The position numbers and the translations under genes were made by a program. A stretch of DNA of 64,000 nucleotides from Patescibacteria group bacterium (GTDB lineage Bacteria > Patescibacteriota > Patescibacteriia > JACRDY01). Positions within the stretch are counted from its first letter, which is position 1; each line of letters opens with the position of its first letter. Below are positions 50,501 through 59,377 of this stretch, piece by piece. The notes beneath the pieces are model-generated. The model was not told the DNA's origin and ran no database searches. It was given only the letters and a program-made list of their open reading frames with translations. Where the stretch lies: contig JBAZFH010000001.1 of assembly GCA_041653535.1 (NCBI GenBank), forward strand, positions 6,052-70,051. The letters are read 5' to 3'.

Positions 50501-50746
50501 ATGTTCGAAATAACCAAGCCGATCGACACGGCAGCTGATACGCAAGGAGAGCTTCAGGTTTTTTCCGCAAGCCCTGAAGGAAGCGAAGTTGACCCCGGTA
50601 GCATTAGTCACGTTATTGGTAGTGACGAAGTGAGTATTCGGTCGAACGTCGCTTTCGGTGGATCGATTTCCGTGAAGGGACGGGAAAGTTTGAAACTTTT
50701 GAGGGATGCCTTGGTCAGTATATGCAAGACTGAGGATATTAAGTAA
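50501..50746 (+). CDS. hypothetical small protein
   Basis: RBS AAAAAGGAAGAG + ATG at 50501; 81 aa. Confidence 0.45.
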   Translation: MFEITKPIDTAADTQGELQVFSASPEGSEVDPGSISHVIGSDEVSIRSNVAFGGSISVKGRESLKLLRDALVSICKTEDIK

Positions 50747-50858
50747 GGATATTAAGTAATAAACAATCAACCAAAACCGGTGAGATGTAATATTTCGTCG
50801 GTTTTTTGTTTTAGGTGGCGCGCGGCTGCGTGGCTCGCAGCAAGGGGAAATACTGTTC

Positions 50859-50879
50859 CCAGCTACCAACTACCAGCTA
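50859..50879 (+). repeat. heptamer tandem repeat (CCAGCTA CCAACTA CCAGCTA) upstream of promoter
   Basis: Three tandem 7-nt units ending 22 nt before the -35 hexamer TTGACA at 50902. Confidence 0.7.
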
Positions 50880-50901
50880 CTAACGTGGGGACAACCCTTT
50901 C

Positions 50902-50930
50902 TTGACATAATCGGTAAAGTTAAGTAAGAT
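50902..50930 (+). promoter_or_regulatory. promoter TTGACA-17-TAAGAT
   Basis: Drives the small ORF at 50957. Confidence 0.5.
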
Positions 50931-50956
50931 ACAAAATTAACAGTTTATATAATTTT

Positions 50957-51112
50957 ATGAAAATTAATTGGCCAAAATACAACCTAATCGCCTACACCAA
51001 CCGCTTTGTTAGCGGAGCTTTTGGCATGCTTGTGGTTTTTCTAACCGCAATTGCTGCTGGCAGCTCTCTGAGGGCAGAATATTTTTGGCGCTTTTATTTT
51101 CTAATGACTTAA
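50957..51112 (+). CDS. candidate 51-aa hydrophobic peptide with its own promoter and terminator
   Basis: MKINWPKYNLIAYTNRFVSGAFGMLVVFLTAIAAGSSLRAEYFWRFYFLMT. No SD. Terminator hairpin atatcctgctctaacgcaggatat + T-run at 51137-51168. Confidence 0.25.
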   Translation: MKINWPKYNLIAYTNRFVSGAFGMLVVFLTAIAAGSSLRAEYFWRFYFLMT

Positions 51113-51230
51113 TTTGTCTTATATATAAAAACCTCGAAATATCCTGCTCTAACGCAGGATATTTTTTAACCACCTCTCAAAAGCCACGAACTTTAACAAT
51201 TATATAGACCTTACCTAAAGGAGGTAGACC

Positions 51231-53060
51231 ATGTCGGACTGGGAAGACCAAACCGCAGGCAAAGACAGGAATCTGCATTTTTTTGTCACCGGAATGAGAA
51301 CTCTTTGGGATTTGCTCGGGCAAGAAAAAGGAAGGCTGACGGCGCTACTCGGCTGGCAAGTATTCCTTTCGTCGCTTACCCTGCTTTTTCCTTATTTACT
51401 GAAACTGGTTTTTGACCAGTTACCGCTGGTACTGGCCGGCACTGCTTCGATTGGATATATTGTTCAACTGATAGTAGCGATGTTTGTCATCAAAACCTGC
51501 GCCCAATTTTTGCATCATTTTTCCAAGGAGAAAAGATTTGCCAACAGTGTAATCTATCTGGAAAACTGGTGGCCGGTAATGGCGCAACAAAAACTGCTTG
51601 ATCTATCGCTTGGTTACCATGAAAAAGAAAACACCGGCAAAAAAATCGCTCGCATCAATAAAGGCTGTGACAAGCTGGTAGAAATTCTCATGCATCTGTT
51701 TTGGGGATTTTTGCCGCAGCTGTTTTTTCTGGTAGTGAACCTGGCTATCGTGTTAATTATTGATTGGCGACTGGGACTAGCTTTTGCTCTACCGTTTATC
51801 CCGGCAGCGATCATTAATATCAAAGCCTTTGATCGTTTTTCCGCAGACTGGGAAGAATGGGAAAGGAAAAAAGAAGTCTCGACCGGGTTTTTCTGCCAGT
51901 CGATAATCAACGTCAACACTGTTCAGAGTTTTGTTCAGGAAAAAGAAGAAGAAAGCCGTCTATGCGAAGTGCGTCAAAGCATGGAAAAATTGGACATCAA
52001 AGTTAATCGTCGGTTGCAAAAATGGCTTTTTGCCGTTGGTTCGATATTGCACCTGTGTTTTGTACTGACCATCGCTCTCGGCGTTTATCTGGTGATAAAC
52101 AAACAGACAAGTGTCGGTACATTGGTTTATCTGGTGGCCACCGGCACCGTTACTATCGATTCGCTTTGGGAGACGATCAACGTCTACATGCGAATCATGC
52201 GCAATCTAGTGGCTGTTCGCCGGATGAAAGAATTGATCGATGAACCGGTGGATATTGTTAACGGCGCTGAAGCCAAAACACTCGACGAGTTTGTTGGCGA
52301 TGTCGCCTTCGAGCAAGTAAACTTTGTTTATCCGGGCAAAACCGAGCCGGTGCTTGATGACTTTAACTTGAGTATTGCTGCCGGACAAATGGTGGCTCTG
52401 GTAGGAAAAAGCGGTGAAGGCAAAACCACAATCGCGCGACTAGTGTCTCGGATGTATGATCCGATCAATGGGCAGATAACCCTAGATCACAACGACATTC
52501 GCGATCTAGATTTGTACTGGTATCGCCGACTGTTTGCAGTAGTGCAGCAAGATGTCGACATTTTTGACGGTACGCTTTTCTACAACATCAGTTATCCGTG
52601 CGCTGGCGCTACTGAGGAGCAAGTGCTGGAAGCTTTGTCTGCCGCTCACCTAGGAGTGGTACTAAAAGACGCCAAGCGTTTTCCCGATGGCCTACAAACT
52701 CAAGTAGGCGAGCGAGGAGTACGGCTTTCTGGCGGTGAACGTCAGCGTGTCGGTATTGCTCGCGCCTATCTAGCGCTACTTTGCGGCGCAAGGATACTGA
52801 TCCTCGACGAAGCAACGTCGAGTCTGGATAGTGAAGCAGAGAGGGCGATCCAGACAATGCTTGACAAACTTCGTTCCAGGCAAGGTATTACTGTAATTGC
52901 TATTGCCCACCGGCTGTCAACTATCCAGCGCGCTGACAAAATCTGCGTGATCAGCGGCGGGACGATTACCGAGCAAGGCGATCATCAACAACTGATGAAA
53001 CAAAACGGACTCTATTCACATCTGGTTGAGCTGCAACAGCTCGGTGATTTGCGAGAATAG
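51231..53060 (+). CDS. ABC transporter, fused permease/ATPase exporter (MsbA/MdlB-like)
   Basis: Six-TM domain + Walker A GKSGEGKTT, signature LSGGERQRVGIARA, Walker B ILILDEATS. RBS AAAGGAGG. Confidence 0.85.
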   Translation: MSDWEDQTAGKDRNLHFFVTGMRTLWDLLGQEKGRLTALLGWQVFLSSLTLLFPYLLKLVFDQLPLVLAGTASIGYIVQLIVAMFVIKTCAQFLHHFSKEKRFANSVIYLENWWPVMAQQKLLDLSLGYHEKENTGKKIARINKGCDKLVEILMHLFWGFLPQLFFLVVNLAIVLIIDWRLGLAFALPFIPAAIINIKAFDRFSADWEEWERKKEVSTGFFCQSIINVNTVQSFVQEKEEESRLCEVRQSMEKLDIKVNRRLQKWLFAVGSILHLCFVLTIALGVYLVINKQTSVGTLVYLVATGTVTIDSLWETINVYMRIMRNLVAVRRMKELIDEPVDIVNGAEAKTLDEFVGDVAFEQVNFVYPGKTEPVLDDFNLSIAAGQMVALVGKSGEGKTTIARLVSRMYDPINGQITLDHNDIRDLDLYWYRRLFAVVQQDVDIFDGTLFYNISYPCAGATEEQVLEALSAAHLGVVLKDAKRFPDGLQTQVGERGVRLSGGERQRVGIARAYLALLCGARILILDEATSSLDSEAERAIQTMLDKLRSRQGITVIAIAHRLSTIQRADKICVISGGTITEQGDHQQLMKQNGLYSHLVELQQLGDLRE

Positions 53061-53217
53061 ATAGTTCAATCAACCAAAGCCCCTGGCAGCAATGTCGGGG
53101 GTTTTTAATAGCGCATAGCCGATAGTCCTCCTTCGCCAAGGCTGCGGCGTACAGGCTCATAGCTGATAGGGGATAAAAAAATAACGCCGGTAATTTTTGG
53201 TTACCGGCGTTGATGTG

Positions 53218-53799
53218 TTAAGGCGTGGTTCTATAGAGAGGGTCGATGATCTGTAGTTCTTTGTTGGCGTGCCAGAAGTGTTCGAGAGATCCTTTGTGTC
53301 TATTCCACCACTCAACTTCTTTTGTTGGCTCAATGAACTCTGGCCAAAGGAATGGAATGTGTATGGAGCTGAGAGCTACGCCTGTGACATCGTTGCTATC
53401 GGCGCGTATCCGTATTAATTTGTTGCCATCAAAGGTATGGCCATAGAGTTTCATGATAATACGGATCGACACGTCTTCGTAATGCGGCGCTTTAGCTTTT
53501 TGGATGGAGTAATCCAGTCCGGACTCTACGTCTGATTCTAGCTCTGTCCAAACTTCGCTGGCCTGTTTGAATAGATCTGTCCACAGATAGCGAGTATTTG
53601 GGCTAAGAAAATGCAGCTCGTAGCAAAGTTCATAAAGCCGCAGTGCTTCTGGCAGGTCGAGCAGTCGTGGACCGAGACGATGTCGTATGCGCCAGTTGCC
53701 AGCGCCGTAGGCTTTGTCGTAACCGGCCAGCCTGTCATTTTTGGCTTCGCCAAACCATCCGGGGTTAGAGACTGTTATCCAACGTTTTGACAGCTTCAT
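53218..53799 (-). CDS. hypothetical protein
   Basis: RBS AAAAGGAGCA + ATG; 193 aa with no recognisable family. Confidence 0.55.
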   Translation of the reverse strand: MKLSKRWITVSNPGWFGEAKNDRLAGYDKAYGAGNWRIRHRLGPRLLDLPEALRLYELCYELHFLSPNTRYLWTDLFKQASEVWTELESDVESGLDYSIQKAKAPHYEDVSIRIIMKLYGHTFDGNKLIRIRADSNDVTGVALSSIHIPFLWPEFIEPTKEVEWWNRHKGSLEHFWHANKELQIIDPLYRTTP

Positions 53800-53926
53800 C
53801 TGTTTGCTCCTTTTTTAGTTTTGGTATTTCAAGACAGTATTCTATTTTAGCGGGGGAGTAATATTATGTCAATAATTGTTGGACAAATGTTGACGAAATC
53901 CTGACAACAGTTTACACTGAGTCTAT

Positions 53927-54700
53927 ATGGAAATACAATCAATGCTCAAAAAAATAGGATTAAATGACAAAGAGGTTAAAGTTTATTTAACCTTATTTGA
54001 AAATGGGGCAACCAAACCGACGGTTTTGGCAAAGATGACAAAGTTAAATCGAGCCACTTTATATAATGTAGCTCAAGGGTTAATTTCCAAAGGAATTGTT
54101 TCCGGAGATTTGAGTGGCAAGTCGCTTGTTTTTACGCCACTGCCACCTAGTGATTTAGAAAAGATTCTTGCTCCAGCTAAAAGAGATTTGGAGGAGAAGG
54201 CGAGTTTAATCGAAGAGGCGGTTAGCGAGCTTAACTTAATAGTTAGCGGCAAGCAATATCCTATACCCAAAATTAGGTTTATCGAAGAAAATAATTTAGA
54301 AAAATTTCTTTTTGATAATTTAGAAAAATGGCAGGATGAAGTGATTGGTTCCGATGGTGTCTGGTGGGGCTACCAAGATCATACCTTTGCCGCTAGCTTT
54401 GAAAAGTGGCTGGACCAAACTTGGCGAACAACTCAAAGTAAAAATAGTCATTATCAGGCGCAAGTTTTTAGTAATGTGTCGGAAACCGAAAGCAAGCTGA
54501 AACGTAAATATGCCAATCCTAAACGACAAGTTAGGTTTTTAGAAAATACCAGTTTTACTGCTACCACTTGGGTTTGTGGCGATTATTTGATTATGATTAT
54601 GACGCAGCAACACCCATATTATCTGATAGAGATTCATGACCAGTTTTTGGCTCAAAATACCAAGGAAGTTTTTAAGAAACTTTGGGAGCTATCGAAATAG
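53927..54700 (+). CDS. TrmB-family transcriptional regulator
   Basis: N-terminal winged HTH (LNDKEVKVYLTLFENGATKPTVLAKMTKLNRATLYNVAQGLISKGIV). Confidence 0.7.
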   Translation: MEIQSMLKKIGLNDKEVKVYLTLFENGATKPTVLAKMTKLNRATLYNVAQGLISKGIVSGDLSGKSLVFTPLPPSDLEKILAPAKRDLEEKASLIEEAVSELNLIVSGKQYPIPKIRFIEENNLEKFLFDNLEKWQDEVIGSDGVWWGYQDHTFAASFEKWLDQTWRTTQSKNSHYQAQVFSNVSETESKLKRKYANPKRQVRFLENTSFTATTWVCGDYLIMIMTQQHPYYLIEIHDQFLAQNTKEVFKKLWELSK

Positions 54701-54900
54701 CTTTTAGCACCTTTGTTGTCATCCTGAACCCTTCGTCCCGCGTCGCGGGACTCAGGATAAACTCCGTTAAGGATCCCTCTTGATTGCCCACGACGGAAAA
54801 ATACTAATATTCACGTAATCATCGACGATTAAGTTTTATTTAATATTCGCTTTCATTTCTTTTCTGGAGGGATTCTTCGCTCCGCTCAGAATGACAATCC

Positions 54901-54921
54901 CCAACTACCAACTACCAACTA
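54901..54921 (+). repeat. heptamer tandem repeat (CCAACTA)x3 occupying the -35 region of a TATAAT promoter
   Basis: ccaactaccaactaccaacta + cc + gtatgc + TATAAT (54930-54935) + 8 nt + ATG at 54944. Possible leaderless transcript. Confidence 0.7.
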
Positions 54922-54943
54922 CCGTATGCTATAATTATTCCAT

Positions 54944-56038
54944 ATGAACAAACAACAAGAAATCCTGGCCTTATCTAAACGGCTTATCTCTATACCCAGC
55001 GTGGTGGGTGATTTTGCGGCACAGCAAAAATGTCTAGATTTTATAGAAAGATATTTCAAAGGATTGCCGGCATTAAAAGTGAAGCGGTTTCGGTTTGGCG
55101 ATCACGGCTCACTACTGTTTTATAATCAATCAGTCAAAAATCCCGACGTTTGTTTTTACGGTCACGTAGATGTGGTTAAAGCAGAAAAAAGACAGTTTTC
55201 TCCTAAGGTCAAAGGTGACAAACTTTTCGGCCGAGGAGCAAGCGACATGAAAGCGGTACTTGCTGCGCAGATGGTGCTACTCAAAGATTTGATAAAGTCG
55301 GGATATGCCGGTTCGGTTGCTTTGCTTGTCGTCACCGACGAAGAAATCGGCGGCGCGCTTGGTGCACAGAAAATTGCTGACGAGTTTAATTTTAGACCGG
55401 GATGCATTTTGGTTCCCGACGGCGGTGACAATTGGAAAATGTCGATCGGCGAAAAAGGTGTACACTGGACAGAAATTGCTTTTGAAGGAAAACCGGATCA
55501 CGGTTCACGGCCGTGGCTGGGGGTTAATGCTGGTGAAGAACTAATGGCGGCTTATGAAAAAATCAAGAAATCTTTTCGGCAAGCTAAATCAGAAAAAGAC
55601 AGTTTGTTGACCATTAATCTTGGCGCAATCGAGGGTGGAGTGAACTATAACCAAGTGATGCCTAGCGCGACCATGGGTCTGGATATCCGTTACCCCAAAA
55701 ATATTAAACTATCAGAAATCAAGAAAAAAATTAAAGCAGCACTACCGCTATATGCCAAGGTGAAAAGTTTGGAAGAGTCGCCAGCTTGGTCAGTGGATCT
55801 GGATAATAAACTGATCAAAAGATTTACCCGTTCCGCTTGCAAAGTTTTACGTCGCAAAAAAATCGAACAGCAGATTTCCTGTGGCGCATCTGACGCCCGG
55901 ATGTTTGGTTGGATTGGTGTGCCGACGATTGTTTTCAAACCCGTCTGTGGTGGGATGCATTCTCGTGATGAGTGGGTGAGTATAAAAGCATTGGGTAAAT
56001 TTTACGATATTTACAAGGACTTTTTGCTTAGCAAATAA
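54944..56038 (+). CDS. M20-family metallopeptidase/deacylase (ArgE/DapE-like)
   Basis: Motifs FYGHVDVV, GRGASDMKA, VVTDEEIGG. Confidence 0.75.
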   Translation: MNKQQEILALSKRLISIPSVVGDFAAQQKCLDFIERYFKGLPALKVKRFRFGDHGSLLFYNQSVKNPDVCFYGHVDVVKAEKRQFSPKVKGDKLFGRGASDMKAVLAAQMVLLKDLIKSGYAGSVALLVVTDEEIGGALGAQKIADEFNFRPGCILVPDGGDNWKMSIGEKGVHWTEIAFEGKPDHGSRPWLGVNAGEELMAAYEKIKKSFRQAKSEKDSLLTINLGAIEGGVNYNQVMPSATMGLDIRYPKNIKLSEIKKKIKAALPLYAKVKSLEESPAWSVDLDNKLIKRFTRSACKVLRRKKIEQQISCGASDARMFGWIGVPTIVFKPVCGGMHSRDEWVSIKALGKFYDIYKDFLLSK

Positions 56039-56159
56039 AGCTGTTTGACAACGGTTCTACCCAGAGTTACGATAAAGATGTATGAATAGTATTTATCAAT
56101 CTTTTGTTTTCTTTTTCGGATTTTTCTTTAGAAAGCGGGGATTTGATATTGCTTAAAGA

Positions 56160-56188
56160 TTGACAAAACTGATCAAAAGTGATATAAA
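56160..56188 (+). promoter_or_regulatory. promoter TTGACA-17-TATAAA
   Basis: Followed by a 5'UTR hairpin ccctatc-aatccc-gataggg and RBS AAGGAG. Confidence 0.5.
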
Positions 56189-56250
56189 TCCCTATCAATC
56201 CCGATAGGGGTTTTTAGTTCGTTAAAAACGAAAAGAAAGGAGTGCTAAAA

Positions 56251-57393
56251 ATGCAGCACAGGGGTATCTTTTTTCATCACACTCGAGATGTCGTTGATGG
56301 TATGCCCGAGTTGCTGTTTAGTTTTCCTTTGCGGATGCTAATAGCGGCTCGGCAGGGTGACAAGGTAGTACTACCGATCGGCGTCGAGCCGCTGGAGTTG
56401 GAATTACTTAACCGTCTCGGCTTTGGTCCGCGACCGGAAGACGTAGTTTACGTTGATGGCAATTTGACTTCGGCGGATTTGCACGGCAAGGTGTTTCCGT
56501 TTTCCGGTTGCTCAGTGCAGCAGCGACAAATGGTTGAGTTGGCAGGACTAGACTTTGCCGCACCGTCTTTGGAGATTTGTCGTCAGGCTGACAGCAAAGC
56601 TTTTTTTCAGTCGGTGCTTCATGATTTGCGTCTGCGGCCGTTTGGTAGGATCGTGGTAACCGGCGATCGAGAGAGGATGAAGGAAGTGGTCAAGGAAATG
56701 CTTTCTCGTCACGGGTCGCTACTACTAAAAGCAGCGCACTCAACTAGCGGTTTGCAGCAACACTTGATCATGTCGCTTGCAGACTTGCCGGAAGATTTGG
56801 CGCTGAAAGGAAAAGCGGTGGTGCAGGAATTTATTCCGCACGTTGTTTCTCCCTCGGCGCAATACTACCTGAAACCGGGCGGTAACTGGAAATTGAATTC
56901 CATGACCACGCAGATTTTGGACGGTCGTCATCATGTGGGAAATATTTTCCCGCCGACTGATCTGTCGCCGGAAGTGATTGCCGAGATTGAAAAAATCGGC
57001 AGTCGTATCGTGCCGCGTTACGCTGAGCTTGGATACTACGGTCCGCTTAGCGTAGACTTTATGCTAACGGAAAACAATCGGTTGTTTCCCTGTGAGGTCA
57101 ACGCTCGAGTTACCGCTCCGTGGTACCCTTGGGAAGCGGCTCGGCGCAACTTGGGCGCGCCGGTTCCATTTTGGATGAAAAGTCTGCGGATTAATCCAAA
57201 GACAACGATTGCAAAAATGGAAAAAGTCTTGGGAAAACTTTTGTTTAACCCCAAGACCAAAAAAGGCGCGCTGCCTTTCTCTTTTTTGCCCAAGCAGAAT
57301 TTTACCTATCTGGTGATTTACGGTTCGAATCAAAACGAATTCGTGAACCGTCTAGTGCCCCAAGTACAGTGGGCACTGGCTAAACTAGGCTAA
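56251..57393 (+). CDS. ATP-grasp domain protein (paralog A)
   Basis: ATP-grasp signatures LLLKAAHSTSG, VVQEFIP and CEVNARVTAPWYP. RBS AAGGAG + 8 nt + ATG. Confidence 0.6.
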   Translation: MQHRGIFFHHTRDVVDGMPELLFSFPLRMLIAARQGDKVVLPIGVEPLELELLNRLGFGPRPEDVVYVDGNLTSADLHGKVFPFSGCSVQQRQMVELAGLDFAAPSLEICRQADSKAFFQSVLHDLRLRPFGRIVVTGDRERMKEVVKEMLSRHGSLLLKAAHSTSGLQQHLIMSLADLPEDLALKGKAVVQEFIPHVVSPSAQYYLKPGGNWKLNSMTTQILDGRHHVGNIFPPTDLSPEVIAEIEKIGSRIVPRYAELGYYGPLSVDFMLTENNRLFPCEVNARVTAPWYPWEAARRNLGAPVPFWMKSLRINPKTTIAKMEKVLGKLLFNPKTKKGALPFSFLPKQNFTYLVIYGSNQNEFVNRLVPQVQWALAKLG

Positions 57394-57452
57394 CAATCAA
57401 TGAACCGTCTCGCTACGCAGTGGGACGGTTTTTCTTTTTTCCACGACTGCTC

Positions 57453-57660
57453 TCATGCCGCCTGCCTGCCGGTAGGCAGGGGTAGGCAGATACCCAGCCG
57501 CAGAGCCCTGCAGCTGGGTAACCAAAGATTTTCGGGGGTGGCATAAGCCCGAGTTTTATAGCACCTTAAGGTTCTTTAAACCCGCCTCGCCCCTTCCGCT
57601 CACTTACGTTCGACTCTCGGGGTTCGGCTCGGGGCAACGCCACCCCCGAACCCCCGATGC
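57453..57660 (+). repeat. GC-rich structured element, family copy A
   Basis: 5' module ctcatgccgcctgcctgccggtaggcaggg; central hairpin ccagccgcag-agccc-tgcagctgg; gattttcgggggtggcataagcccgag; caccttaaggtt; 3' cggggttcgg...ccgaacccccg hairpin. Confidence 0.7.
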
Positions 57661-57801
57661 TAAGCATTTTTATTTTATACATAATAAAAAATAAAAAGGA
57701 GTATTGACGGTAAGAAAAAAAGCTGTTAAATTACAAATTCGAGGCTTTTTGAAAAACAACAAAGCGAAAAAAAATACAGGAGGCTATACAGGAGGCTATA
57801 A

Positions 57802-59052
57802 ATGAGAGGTGCTAACGCTGCGGTACATATCCATGACGTTGTTGCGTCTTACCCTCTGCAAACAGTGCCGGGGCTAGGACGCTACGCTTGGCGATCACTA
57901 CTTCTCAAAGGAGCAAAGGTTGTCGGGCGTCATCCCAGTTTGAACGACTATCTTGCTTTTCTTAAGGAGGTGAAGGTTGGTAATGGCGGGGAAGTACTAA
58001 CTGCTTATGACGATCATCTTTACGACGTTGTTTTGGGCGATCGTAACTTACAGCGCGAGATTGATCGTTTGCTGTGCGTTGAAGATCGAACACTGCGACT
58101 ATTTGCCATCACCGAAAATGATGAAAAATTTTTGCGGTTGACCGGTTGGCAGAAAAAATCCGAGGTTTTTGCTCCGCCGCTACAGCTTTCGCTACGGGCA
58201 AATGACAAGGCATTTTTACGCCGGCTGGCGGTAGAAAAAGGAATCGGAAATATTTTTCCGCCCTTTGTTATCGTTGCAACAGTTGACGGTCTGGCCCGAG
58301 CGGTGGAGAGGATGTCTCGTGTCAATGACAGTGACTTTATCGTGGTCAAAGCAACCAATCTGGCCAGCGGTGAAGGCATGACTTTCACCAGTGAAAGAGA
58401 AAAGGCGATTGCCTTTGGTCGCAAGCTTTTTGCCAATGGTCAAAAAGAGGTGATTGTCGAAGCCGGCTACGACTCTGACAGTTATAGTATGCAATGGGAG
58501 CTGCGCCCACGCGATTTTCGCTTTCTCGGTGCGTCAGCTCAAATCATGAGTCATCACGGTAAAGTGCATGAAGGTAATATCGTGTCTTCGTCTTTACGGC
58601 AACTACCCGGTATTACCGAAAGAGAAATTGCTCGGATGCAGGGTCGCGCTTATCCACTGATCGATTGGTTTTGGCGGCAAGGACACCGCGGTATCTTTGG
58701 AATTGATTTTATCAAAACCAAGAAAGAACGTCGGCATCGTTTGCTACTGCTGGAATCCAATGCTCGTGTCACTGCCAGTACTTATCCTTTTTCGGTCGGT
58801 CGACAGCTTGCCGATCGCGGCATCGTTGAATACGGTATTGCCGCGCGAAATTGCTATCCATCAAGTCAGATGAATTGGGATGGACTGGTGAAGTTTTTGG
58901 GTAGCGATATTTTCGACGGAGAGAAAGGGATCTTACCTTATATTCCTAACTGTTTGCCGGAAAAAGTCGGGCTGATGGCGATCGCACCAGACGCTCCGGC
59001 TGCCGAAGATATGCTGGCGCACTACCACTGGGCGCTAGCACGTAATACGTAA
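57802..59052 (+). CDS. ATP-grasp domain protein (paralog B)
   Basis: LLESNARVTASTYPFS parallels CEVNARVTAPWYPWE of paralog A. Tandemly duplicated SD acaggaggctat x2 before ATG. Confidence 0.55.
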   Translation: MRGANAAVHIHDVVASYPLQTVPGLGRYAWRSLLLKGAKVVGRHPSLNDYLAFLKEVKVGNGGEVLTAYDDHLYDVVLGDRNLQREIDRLLCVEDRTLRLFAITENDEKFLRLTGWQKKSEVFAPPLQLSLRANDKAFLRRLAVEKGIGNIFPPFVIVATVDGLARAVERMSRVNDSDFIVVKATNLASGEGMTFTSEREKAIAFGRKLFANGQKEVIVEAGYDSDSYSMQWELRPRDFRFLGASAQIMSHHGKVHEGNIVSSSLRQLPGITEREIARMQGRAYPLIDWFWRQGHRGIFGIDFIKTKKERRHRLLLLESNARVTASTYPFSVGRQLADRGIVEYGIAARNCYPSSQMNWDGLVKFLGSDIFDGEKGILPYIPNCLPEKVGLMAIAPDAPAAEDMLAHYHWALARNT

Positions 59053-59188
59053 ACAATAAGTCAGAACCCCCGTTCGTCTAGGCGAATGGGGGTTTTAAAA
59101 TTGCTCCCTTCTGTGTGCGGTGAAGGCGTTTGTTAATAAGTTCTTGGATAATGAAACGAACACCTTTATTTTACTATTAGTTTTTTGC

Positions 59189-59377
59189 CCTCATGCCGGG
59201 CCGGCAGATACTTTCTGCAAACAGAAAGTATCCAAAGATTTTCGGGGGTGGCATAAACCCGAGTTTATAGCACCTTAAGGTTTTCTTACCCCGCCTCAAC
59301 CCATTCCGCTCGCCCCGCCAAGGCGGGGCTCGACTCTCAGGGTTTCGGCTCGGGGCAATGCCACCCCCGAACCCCCG
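59189..59377 (+). repeat. GC-rich structured element, family copy B
   Basis: ctcatgccgggccggcag; central perfect hairpin gatactttctg-caaa-cagaaagtatc; gattttcgggggtggcataaacccgag; caccttaaggtt; 3' tcggctcggggcaatgccacccccgaacccccg. Confidence 0.7.

Noticed and set aside
57766-57801. Tandem 12-nt duplication acaggaggctat/acaggaggctat forming two SD sequences before the 57802 start
   Set aside because: It is most simply a small slippage duplication of the RBS region. No functional inference is possible from sequence alone.
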